Virus record (IMG/VR): IMGVR_UViG_2524614847_000004
Coordinates: 1 to 64,000 of that record
Length of the DNA stretch: 64,000 nucleotides
Strand: one strand, 5' to 3'
Source of the DNA: a virus
Taxonomy: Duplodnaviria > Caudoviricetes
Part shown: in pieces, positions 47,203-58,168 of the stretch
Layout of the letters: each line of letters starts with the position of its first letter
Position numbering within the stretch: position 1 is the first letter of the stretch
Position numbers and translations under genes: made by a program
Notes under the pieces: model-generated
The model's database searches: none
What the model saw: the letters and a program-made list of their open reading frames with translations, nothing else
What the model was told of the DNA's origin: nothing

Positions 47203-47682
47203 TTACACCTTATTCTTTTTATACCACACTAAAAATTCACCAAATGTTGCTTCCTCTGCTTCCTTTCTTGCTTTAATAGCGTCTTCAATTTCTTGATAAC
47301 TTCCCAAATGATACCGAATTCCCATAAAATAAATATATGCAATCCATCTATCACTTTTCCCTTTTTGCTTGTGAAGGCTTACTCCACGATGACCCGATGT
47401 ATTATTCCTCTGTATTTTATTAGAACTTATTTTAGATATATTTGTATTATTTATCTGCCCTAACTTTTCTTGTATGGTTTTGGTTCTAAGGTTTTTTATT
47501 TTCATGCACCCGCAACTTACACATGAACCATATGTTACGGTATTTACTCTCCTGATAACCTTTTTACCGCATAGAAGACACTCAAACTCCCATAAATAAG
47601 ATCCATTGGACTTCTGTCCGGTACACCTAAGTGCTTTTAAATTCCCAAATACTATGTCAGCTATGTCTTTTTTCTTAGCCAT
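47203..47682 (-). CDS. AP2-domain protein (homing endonuclease-derived)
   Basis: WEFECLLCG, SCGC, NNTSGHRGV, WIAYI, HLG...EDAIKARKEAE. Confidence 0.85.
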   Translation of the reverse strand: MAKKKDIADIVFGNLKALRCTGQKSNGSYLWEFECLLCGKKVIRRVNTVTYGSCVSCGCMKIKNLRTKTIQEKLGQINNTNISKISSNKIQRNNTSGHRGVSLHKQKGKSDRWIAYIYFMGIRYHLGSYQEIEDAIKARKEAEEATFGEFLVWYKKNKV

Positions 47683-49604
47683 ATTACATCACTGGATTCT
47701 TCTGAGCAGGTTGCCAGCTTTCTTCTCCATACAGTTTTGCATGTCTCTTCACATATTCATCAAAAAATTCCTGATCGGTACATGGGGCCAAGTCGAAATG
47801 AATTTTTTCTCTTATATCATCATCCATCATTGTCACTGCTACATCAAAATCAATTTCTACTCCGTACTGATTAATAACGTCCCTCATAATTTACCTCCCA
47901 ATTTTTATCATTACTATTATTATACTGCCCATATGATATATTTTCAATTTCTATCTACACATTTCAAGAAAATCATTAGTACTCATGGCGCCCTCCCACC
48001 AACAAGCAACCGCTGGCCTATCTTCTGAACTATTTAAATAGTCCTCTAGCTGTTTTCTAAAGTAGTTAAGCATATCACCATCAAATGCAGCCTTCAGTTT
48101 ATCAAAGTCCTTGCACTGTTCTAATTCTCCATACCCCATAGAAACACCTCCTTATTAAATCTACCGCTAACTATGTGCGGTTAGTGACCTAAGCCAGATC
48201 AACCACTAATTCTCCGTGATAAGCAGCAATCACTTTCAGACTGCCGGGAATGCCTTGTTTACCTTTGACAGTAACGGCCTATCCTTCCGGATCACCGACA
48301 AGGCTATGTATTAAGATATAATGCAATGCAAGGCGAAAATTTCCGTGAAATTATCAAATGTAGATATGTATACACCATTTGCATACATTTCAATTTTCCC
48401 TTCCCTGTTCTTCATGTAATGAAATTTTATATTGTCATTCATGTTTTAATCCTCCGGTCTGTGTAAATAAAGCTGCGCTTACAATTATCAATAAAGCTGT
48501 TAATGTCCAGTTTCCGTCCTGGTCTGGTAGCATAAAGAGTACAAAAAAAGAAAGCAATAATAAAATGCTTCCTACGATTCGGTTCCATATTATGAAATTT
48601 CGTCTTTGTTTTCGCCTTTCAATGCGTCGATAGCTATATGAGCAGCTATAATCTTTTGTTGTATCGCTTACCAAATTCATTATAATTTCCTCCCCTTTTA
48701 TGTTCTCCTCTGCAAGTCAAACGAGAAATAACATACCCTATTAACGCTCCTATAGAAACACTTCCTATTAAAAAATAAAACGATTCCATACGTCCTCCTT
48801 AACTATAAAATGTGCTTTTCATTCTGGCATTGCATATAATATTTCATCTCTTACCATATAATAGCGGAAATTCGCCATCTCTTCTGTGAGTTCACCGTTT
48901 TCGACCATTTCATCACATTCTTTTTGTAATTCTTCACATGCCTTTTTATATCTTTCTCCAAAATCGCTCATATTTACACCTCCGTTGAAACCTGTCTTTT
49001 ATTTTACTTTTTCAACAATAGCTTTTTTCCCTTCAATTTTTACTACATATTCTCCATGTTCATAAAACGAAACAGTTAATGGAAATTGAAAATCATTATA
49101 TCCTCCGCTAAAAGAACAAGAAGCAAATCTAAAGTTTCCCTTTCCCCCTCCCATTACTATATCTTCAGTTACTACTCTTACTTTTTTTTCTTTAACCACA
49201 ATCGTTGCCTCCTTCTTATTTCAATTAATAAAATCTATTTTTTATTCTGATATTTCATACCATTGAATTTCTGATCTGTTGTTCATTTTGTCAAATATAT
49301 CAGTTACATTGTTTTTCAATAAATTATACTGGTGTTCCATCTCTACCAAATTTGCTTGATAATATGCTTCTAGTCTTGTCTGGAATATACCTTCATAGTT
49401 GTACGGCCTCAATTGCGAAATTGTTTCTTCCGCCGTATGGTTGTTCAACCAATAATCAGATATGACAGCTTTTGATAAAAAATATTTACCTCCAAATTTA
49501 TTAGTCATTGCTTCATCTAATTCATAAATTGCAAAATTAAACACCTCTTCAATTAATCTCATATTGTCTTTCTCCTTTTTATGTTTTCTGCATCAAATTA
49601 CAAT

Positions 49605-50624
49605 TCAATTATCTTTTATATCATACATTAATTCGCACCATTTTATGGCAGTAAATGTGATTTCTGGGTTATTTGAGAACCACTTATTATTTATCATATA
49701 TGGTAAGAATCTTTTTTTAATGCAATACAAATTATCTTTGCTTAAATCTGTAGTATTGCCGTTTAAAAAGGTTATTTGGCAATCATCTTGCACTTTCTTA
49801 TTATGATATTCTTGCCATTTTATTCTGGAAAGTGGTTCAAAAATTTCACTCGACTTTTGCTTATTTCCTAGTTTATAATTTGATTTATTTATTTTGACAT
49901 ATATTCTACCACTCATATTTATTTTATGCCCAATAGGTCTGCGTCTAGCATTAAATTTATGAGGATCGTCTTTTTTAAGTTTTAGCTTTCTAAAACAATA
50001 AGTTTCTATTGCCGCCACTGTACAGTCTTTTTTGAAAAGTTCATTGAATTTTTTCGTCATCTCATCATATGTATAATTATTAAAATTATCGCTGATCCAA
50101 TCAACCTCTATTTCCGAAAACGGAACATATCTTTTCAACTTTAATACATTTTGGCAATGCAAAGAAAAACTATGCAATGATCTTTTCCTATCAAATACAT
50201 TATTAAATTCGCTTAGAAGGCCTTCAAAAGTGTCAAACATATAGTAATTTGTTATTATCCATTCGTCTTCTTGCGGTAACCATAACTTCATATGAATTCC
50301 ATTTTTTGATAAAAACCCAAGAATGACAGACATATTTCGTTTAGAAAAAATTTTGTTGTGTTCCTCAACAAAGTCATTAATTTTATATTTTCTACAATTA
50401 TCAATTAGCCATTCAATTTCTTTTTCTGTAAATCGGTTTTGATTATCCATTTTTAATTTTAAATCTTTATTAATTTTCGTCATGATCGCAGCTTTGCTTC
50501 TTTGATTAGAAAAGCGTAAATTATAGTCAGATACCAATCCATCTAAACTATCGTACGTTTTGTCTATTACACTTTTCTTTATCCATTCGGTTTCTTCTTC
50601 TGTATACTTTGTTCCCTTTGGCAT
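49605..50624 (-). CDS. HNH endonuclease-like protein with four N-terminal Myb/HTH-like repeats
   Basis: YTEEETEWI / FTEKEIEWL / WLPQEDEWI / FSEIEVDWI repeats; C-terminal PIG...YVKI...FLNGNTTDLSKDNL. Confidence 0.7.
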   Translation of the reverse strand: MPKGTKYTEEETEWIKKSVIDKTYDSLDGLVSDYNLRFSNQRSKAAIMTKINKDLKLKMDNQNRFTEKEIEWLIDNCRKYKINDFVEEHNKIFSKRNMSVILGFLSKNGIHMKLWLPQEDEWIITNYYMFDTFEGLLSEFNNVFDRKRSLHSFSLHCQNVLKLKRYVPFSEIEVDWISDNFNNYTYDEMTKKFNELFKKDCTVAAIETYCFRKLKLKKDDPHKFNARRRPIGHKINMSGRIYVKINKSNYKLGNKQKSSEIFEPLSRIKWQEYHNKKVQDDCQITFLNGNTTDLSKDNLYCIKKRFLPYMINNKWFSNNPEITFTAIKWCELMYDIKDN

Positions 50625-50848
50625 TATTTAATCAACCCCTTTATACTTGATGCTTTGTCTAATTTTCCTTCCGTAATTAGTTTTTCTGATCTCAAAACAA
50701 CATCGGCGTTGTTGATCATCTGTTTTGCAAGAGAAGCTATTGTTTGAGATGTTTCATTTTCAACCCTCTTGTCTTCCACGCTTAGTTCTTTACTGTTTGC
50801 AATTTCAATTCTCTCACCTAAAACTTTTTGTAATTCAACTAATGTCAT
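50624..50848 (-). CDS. small protein translationally coupled to the HNH gene
   Basis: TAATG stop/start overlap; ASLAKQMINNA. Confidence 0.65.
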   Translation of the reverse strand: MTLVELQKVLGERIEIANSKELSVEDKRVENETSQTIASLAKQMINNADVVLRSEKLITEGKLDKASSIKGLIK

Positions 50849-52534
50849 AATGCTACCTCCTTATTTTTTTATACATGAAAATTACATTTGATTCATTCCA
50901 CAAACCTTTAAATTCAATACCTGTAAAGACTCCACATATTCATCAATACTATTCTGTGAAGCCGTGTCAGTTACAAGCTCCTTTGCCTTCGCAGCATTCA
51001 CGATAAGGCTTATTAAACCATTACTGATAATTTCCAGTTCTTTATTTGAAAACTTATCCATTACAATCTCCTTCCTGATTTTGAGCAAAATAAAAGCAAC
51101 CGGTTATATTCCGATAGCTCACATCAAACGTGCATTTTATTAGTTACTTATGTCACACCAATATCCATCAAATATAGCAGTTGCGGAATAAAATTTACCT
51201 TTTGTAAGTTGTATTTTTATACCTCTACTTTCCATAACTCTATATAATTTATCCAATGAAGACTTTTCTTTAACATTTACAAATATTCTGTCTTTCAAAA
51301 CGCCATTATGAATTAATGTGATACTTGGCGCTTCTTTTTCTAATTCTTCAATAACTTCAATCATATTAATATCCATAAATCATTCCTCCTTAATCTACAA
51401 TTGAAAGACATCATTCATCGTACACTTAACGGTATACAGAAGTGATCACAACGCATATTGCCTACTTTGTGTTGTTTATCTTCGTCATAATAAACCATAG
51501 CATATTCATCGCCATCGTAATCTATATATTTTGATGTTTCATCCAACCAATAATAACTTCCGACTTCAAGTTGTCCGGGCATTGCTTCTCTTTCTGAAAT
51601 ACATCTTACTGTTTTCATATTCTCTCCATTCCGTACCAAAGAAAGGTACATTTTATCTGTTATTAGTTAAATGTTGAAACCTCAAACTCTTCTTTAGCTA
51701 ATACAAAAGTGAACGTTACTTCTCCGTCGGAATTTTGAAGACTTACGGTTGAATCATTTTCTTCAATTATCAGACAAGTTTCACCGTCCATACACACAAG
51801 TTCGCCCGTGACCTTATCTCTCAAATCATAATAATGATTGCCGTTTTCTTCTTGATAAGTATGATCTATATAGTTGTGTGTTAAAACTTCTCCATACTTC
51901 TCAAATAATGATTTTATACTGATACATTTTTCTTTCAATTTGTTTTCCTCCATTTATACGTTAAAATTGCGTTTTCAACTGAAATTCGCCCTTTATTCAC
52001 ATGTTATATAATAGAAACCAGTACATTCATTGACTTCCCCGTTTCTTTCATCATCTACGGGGTCAAAGTAACCAGTTGTAGCAACGTCTGTCACTCCTAT
52101 ACTTTCTAAAAAATCTGCTATTACATTTGCAATGGTTTCTGTTTCGCACATGATATCATCTCCATTTGTCCATATCCCAGGATTATCATCACATGGTTTA
52201 GGCTCCTTGGGTAAGCTTTCTAATATCTGCTCATATGTGATCATTGTTTCTTCCTCCATTCTTCTAATGAAACTTACTTTTCATCTGCCTAATTACCATG
52301 TAACACGATCAGGAATGAATATCAATTCAGTGTCTTCATATTTTTTCATATACTTCATGTTTGTATCTGGTTCGCCATCAAATGAATTATTTACACTTGT
52401 ACACAAATCAGGCTCTCTATTCTTTCATGGGTCAACATCTTTCCATAATGTTCCATGTTCATCTTCATATACCGGTCTATCCCAACTATCCATGCCTCTA
52501 TAGATCAATTTAACTTTCATAGTTTTACCTCCTG

Positions 52535-55015
52535 CTACGCTGTTTTTATATTTTCTTGTTCACTCTTTTCAATTACTATAATCTTACTTGCTACTCCTGT
52601 CATTTCAAACGTACCACTTTTTAAATCTTCTGTGAAATATGTTTCATTTTCTAACCATTGTCTAAACTCAATTGATTTTTTATCATTGGCAAAAGTCCAA
52701 TGTGGTGAAGAAATAGAAACAAGCGTACCACCATCTTTTAATAAATCATAAGCGTGTTTAATATGATTCTGTTCATCACTAAAAGGCGGGTTCATGATAA
52801 TGGCATCATAAATAGGTTCGCTCTGATACTGTAGAAAATCATCACCGACAAGATTATAGTCTTTAAGTAAAAGCAATTCTCGAAAAGTTGACATCTGCTC
52901 CACAACATCAATATCATTTGTAATTTTTCGCATTTCATCAGCGATGGCAGCAATTCCGGCAGAAGGCTCAAGCACTTTAGCCCCCTCTGTAATTCTTGCT
53001 AATTCAACAAGTCTTTGTGCAACCTCTGAAGGTGTGAAATTAATATCCCCTTTCTGCATCATCTTACATTCACGTTCAAGTCGTTTTATTTTCAGTGCTG
53101 TTTGATCTTGTGGTTTATTTACCATTTCAATAATTACTTTGTATTCCTCAATGGTTTTAACTAATTCTTGTGTATTTGAGATATTAGCCTTTTGAAGACG
53201 TTTCTGCGTTTTGGGTACTTCTTCATTCCACCACGAATTGGGATAATTCGGGTCTTTTTCTGGATATTCTACCGGTCTAGCAGAGGAAGGACGTTTTCCC
53301 TCTGGTAAATTCCACGTTTCAAACCGTTTATAGTAACTATGAATTGAATCACGGAATGATTCTGTTAATAGAGCAGCTTCAAGCGAAGTTAGTTCACGTT
53401 TCTGTGCTGTATCAAGAAGACAAGAAAGTATATTTAAGTCTAGCCTATAACCTTCTATTTTCGCCTCACGCCCCTCTTGTTCCCTCATACGCTTATAGGT
53501 ATTTGTTTTATAATCCCCCGACAATTTATCAATTTTGCTTTGTGTACTGCTAATTGCTTTGTTAATACGTTCTATAATTTTTGTTCTATCCTGCTGTTTT
53601 GGCCGTGCCGTTTGGTTATCCTGTGTGGATTCCTCTGTTGTTGTATCATTTCCTCTGTTTAACACTTCTGTAGGATCATATCTAAATATAAATCCATGCT
53701 TAAATTTAGAGTAGTAGGCATCGATTTTTTTCATTTCGACACGTAAAGCAGAAAAGTCTTCCACTTTTTCTCTAACTTTTACAACCCACATTTTAGAATC
53801 GTCTCTTGTGTCGGTGTCTTCTGCGATATCATAGGTATAGGCAGCTGAAACAGATACTTTCTGTTTATCTGCTTCTGAGGTAGTAGTTTCGGATTCTTTT
53901 CCCTTTGTCTCCGCTTTGCTATTTCCGATGGACTTTTTAACCACCTTTTCCACTTCATATGGTGTTTTTACTTCCTTAAGTTCACACCATGAAATAGCTC
54001 CCGTTTCAATCCACTTTAAGAACCTCTCTCCAAAGGTCCCCCATCTGTTGTTACTTGAGGCAATTCCGGTACACTCTTTTGTAAGTTTTCCATTGAGTTT
54101 ATAAGCATAAAAATAAGATCCGTTTTCCGTTTTGCTTTCATGAATGCGGTAAACAAGACCTTTATAACAATTGTGGTTATATCTAGTTTTAAGGATAAAA
54201 CACTGACCCTCTTTAATTTCTCCTGCCTCCACTTCTACGGCCTTTGTTTCGTTCTTATATTCTGTAACGATAACTTTCTCATAAATAGTACCGTCACCTT
54301 CTCCAAGAAGTCCACCGCAAGTGGTATCTATTTTATTGATAAACTTGTCAAAATCTGATTTTAATTTTAAAGTTTCTTCCTGTTCTTCCATCTGGTATTT
54401 GACTGATTTTTCTAATTCCACATCATTAAACCAACTACAACCGCTATTTGTTCTTCTTATCTGTTCTCTAATTTCATCCTCTGTTCTTTTCTTGTAGTTC
54501 TCCTTATAATAGATACCAGAATATTTTAAAATTCCGTTGCCTTTTGCAATGATGATTCCGTCTTTTTCTATGTGCCAGTTGCATTTATTGGGGTGGGCCT
54601 GATGCCCTGGGACCATTCCGACAACGACGTATTTCTCTTTGTTTTCTGTTGCTGCCTCTGCTTTCTTCTGCAATCGCTCAATCATCATTTTGGCGCTTTC
54701 CGCTTCTGATTCAGATGCTCCACGCTCTACGGTCATTGCTTCCAGCTTCTTAATTTTGTCTGTAATGCTTCTATCATAAGAAAAATCTGTATGATTATAT
54801 TTTCTAATTTCTTGCGGCTCCCTTGCTCCGCAAACGTCAACACAAAGAACATATCCGTTCTTTTCTGCAACACCGTCCCAAGTGGCAGGGCAATAATAAT
54901 CCGTCATGCTGTCGGACTCGTCTGGTGAATAGCCATATACTTTCCAACCATCAAGAGCCATTAACCTATGGGCTATCATCACTTTAACTTCCCTATAATC
55001 ATAATAATTTGACAT
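52535..55015 (-). CDS. large multidomain protein with C-terminal N6-adenine methyltransferase-like domain
   Basis: FTP, VLEPSAG (motif I), MNPPF (motif IV); DUF2786-like segment IKKLEAM..RGASESEAESA. Confidence 0.8.
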   Translation of the reverse strand: MSNYYDYREVKVMIAHRLMALDGWKVYGYSPDESDSMTDYYCPATWDGVAEKNGYVLCVDVCGAREPQEIRKYNHTDFSYDRSITDKIKKLEAMTVERGASESEAESAKMMIERLQKKAEAATENKEKYVVVGMVPGHQAHPNKCNWHIEKDGIIIAKGNGILKYSGIYYKENYKKRTEDEIREQIRRTNSGCSWFNDVELEKSVKYQMEEQEETLKLKSDFDKFINKIDTTCGGLLGEGDGTIYEKVIVTEYKNETKAVEVEAGEIKEGQCFILKTRYNHNCYKGLVYRIHESKTENGSYFYAYKLNGKLTKECTGIASSNNRWGTFGERFLKWIETGAISWCELKEVKTPYEVEKVVKKSIGNSKAETKGKESETTTSEADKQKVSVSAAYTYDIAEDTDTRDDSKMWVVKVREKVEDFSALRVEMKKIDAYYSKFKHGFIFRYDPTEVLNRGNDTTTEESTQDNQTARPKQQDRTKIIERINKAISSTQSKIDKLSGDYKTNTYKRMREQEGREAKIEGYRLDLNILSCLLDTAQKRELTSLEAALLTESFRDSIHSYYKRFETWNLPEGKRPSSARPVEYPEKDPNYPNSWWNEEVPKTQKRLQKANISNTQELVKTIEEYKVIIEMVNKPQDQTALKIKRLERECKMMQKGDINFTPSEVAQRLVELARITEGAKVLEPSAGIAAIADEMRKITNDIDVVEQMSTFRELLLLKDYNLVGDDFLQYQSEPIYDAIIMNPPFSDEQNHIKHAYDLLKDGGTLVSISSPHWTFANDKKSIEFRQWLENETYFTEDLKSGTFEMTGVASKIIVIEKSEQENIKTA

Positions 55016-55027
55016 TGTAATTACCTC

Positions 55028-58000
55028 CTAGTACCCATAATATAATTCAATTATTTTTTCCTTTTTTAGTTGTTCTATTTCTATATCATTTATATCTATA
55101 TTAGAGTATGACTGTTTTAAAGTTTCTTTGGCTTCAATTTCAACATCCGCAAATATAATGCCCACAACTATTTCTCCACAGTTTCTAAAGTAATATTTAT
55201 ACATACAATAACCTCCATTGTTTTTCATTTATTCCCACTATAAAAGCCACCGGAACATTGCCCAATGGCTTCAAACTGAAAATAAATATACTACATTGTT
55301 TCTCTTTGCTCTTCCGTATTAATTGCTAATGCTTCGTAATAATCTTCCTTGCAAATTTCATCACTTGTATTTGTTGGAGATATCCACTTGTCACAGCTTT
55401 TAAAATATTCGGAATATTGACAAAAATATTTTTCTGAGGTTTTAAAATACTCCCATCTTCTCCCGTTTTTCTTATCATATAAGAAAAAACTATTTTTATG
55501 TGTATGATAACCCATTTTATTACCCCCTTAAAAGTACTATTTATTTATCATAATTATTGATCCAGTCTTCCGCTGCTTCTACTGTATCAAATTCCATATC
55601 AGAGTCAGAAGGACTGCACATATAGGCATATTCCATATTATCAGGGTGTAAAACTGTTATGTTGAATCTATATTCTTCTAATTCCTTATTATTGTTCTGG
55701 TAAATTCCCCAACCTTTAAGCTTCTTAACTCTCTTCATTCTGTTTTACCTCTCAACCAAAGAATAGTTTTATTGTATTACGGTTCTTGAATCTCATTAGT
55801 AAAATTCTCTAACAGTATCTCCAATCGTAATATCTTAGCTTCTGTTTTTTTAAGTTTTTTTAAGGCAGTTTGAAAAGAAATGTCTGTTTGACATTCTGAT
55901 AAATCAATTATTATTTTTATCAAATCTTCTTTTCTGTCCTTTTCTGCTTCAATATCATCTGTTATTAGATTATAAATGTCTACATATAAATCCTTTGTCA
56001 TTTTGATTTACCCCCACTCATAAAATAAGAATTTCAAAGCAATCCCTTTTCAATCGCTTGTTCTGGCCTTCCTCCCTCAATATATGGAAGCAAGTGTCTT
56101 TTATCTTTACGATAGTTTCCTGCACCATCATATATAAGTGCGGATTGTTCGCTTGAAAGTTTCATAGCCTTGTTGTGGTATTTCGTACAATAAGGCTCTG
56201 TATTATTGCAAGCAGTAGTTAAACGCTGATATTTACGTATTTCAATTTCAAGTTCAATAATTCGTTTATCCTCTTCTGAAAGTTTCATGTATTTTCCCTC
56301 CATTTCTCAATGCTGCGGACTTGTGACCGCTTGACTTGTGTCAAGTGCATTAAAGCAGCCCTTATAGGCTGCTCCACTCTGCTTATACTACTTCAAGGTA
56401 TAAATCTTCAATATCGTAGTTTACTAACTCGTCTTTAAAATCTTTTCGCCAAGTGTTACAATTTTTCTCAAACCTTTTTTTATTGCAATCCCAAATTGAT
56501 GTAATAATGTCACCATTTTTATGCCTTATTTGTGCTTGATACTTATTATTTTTCACTGCCTTTCCCTCCATGAAATTCGGTTTTTATTTACCACACCTTT
56601 TCATATTTAACGGAACATACACGGTCAATTAAGTCATCAATTTTTATCTGTATTGGCTTTTCCAATTCTTTTAATTCTTCATAAGATATATCACAAATAT
56701 CATAAAGTGCATCTCGTTTATCCTGTAAAGCTCTTAATTCAGATTCTAGTTCTTGTAATATCTTTGAATTTTTATTGTTTAAAGTTCTTTCTCTGTAATG
56801 ATCTCTTCTTGTATAACCGATACTTCCATATAAGGACATCTTAATTTCTCCTATCAAATAATTGTTTCATTTAATAAATGTTTTAAAAATAAGAATTTCT
56901 ATCTTTTACTAATTCTTGTATTATTTCTTTCATTTCGCTGATATTATCAGCAACTCTTGACCTTGAAAATCCGTCTTTCCACTTCATTACAATACAAATA
57001 TGTTTATCTTCCCTATACAAATCACTAATAAGATGTTGATATTTTTTAGGAACATAATTGATTAAATTTTTCATTATATCACTCCCTTAATAAATTTGAA
57101 TATTCTATTTCACTTCTATAAAATGTTTAGTTATGCCTCTACCACTTCTAAAATATATTTTCCGTTATCGGCTTTATGCACATTAAATTTCTTAACACAC
57201 TGAAACTTTAATGGAATTTCTGAAACTGAAAAGGAATATAAGAACGACATATTATCATTGTAAAATTCCACTGTTTCAATTTCTTCTCCGTACATAAGCA
57301 TATCAATCAATTTTTCTAAGTTAATCTTATTTGTTTTCATCTTCAGTCCTCCCAATGAAATGGATATTCTATGCCACTTCTATATCATTGATGTACGTCA
57401 ACGTATTTGTTCTCCAGTGACCAGCTTCTATATACTCTGCCTGAATGTTTTCCGCGTAGCCGTACATATTCAAATTATGCACCGATATTCTTAAGCCTGA
57501 TAATTCCATAATGCAATACTTTGTTTTGCCTGTATCCTTGTTTAATACTTTGTAAGGGATAAAGTCCAGATAGACAAAGTACTTTTTCCCTTCCGTACTT
57601 GACATAGCATCACATACCGCAAAGCCGTCTATAATTCCGGTTTGTTTCATTGCCTGATCGTGAATTGATTCCACGATATCCGTCGGAATTTTGCTTTTAA
57701 GTAATGAAAAATCGTATAAATACTTTTTATTGTTGGTAAATTCCTTCTTGTTTTCCTTCAGATCTGGAAATGACTTTTTCATTTTCGCCATGCTCGGCAG
57801 ACAGTTCAATGTATTGTATTTGTTCATTTTAAAATCTCCCTTTCAAAAGTTTAAAATCGTACCGCCTAGATGAATTTTCTGTACTCCGGTATGTCCTGTT
57901 TCTACATTCTCAAAAACTAAAGTTTCCGATTCGATTTTAATATTTGGTGACATGATGTTTAATATCTCTCTGCACCTTTTTGCTGATAATGTAGGCATGT

Positions 58001-58091
58001 TTCTGAAATAGAAACCAGAATCATAAACGTTTTTTACATTGTAAGTTACGATTAACTTTTTCTTACCTATTGTGTATATGTTCACCATCAT
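55028..58091 (-). other. array of very small early phage genes
   Basis: About 11 consecutive minus-strand ORFs of 62-152 aa with RBSs. Confidence 0.7.
56315..56382 (-). ncRNA. twister ribozyme (P5-type permutation)
   Basis: GCAGAGUG-[GAGCAGCC/GGCUGCU]-UUAAUGCAC-[UUGAC/GUCAA]-GCGG-UCACAAGU-CCGC; P2 UGC/GCA and both pseudoknot pairings (CAC/GUG, AC/GU) present. Confidence 0.85.
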
Positions 58092-58168
58092 ATTACCGCC
58101 TACTTTCTGGACATTTATTTTCTTAACAAAAATGGACTCATAACATTTGACCGTTACAAGCCCTACTT

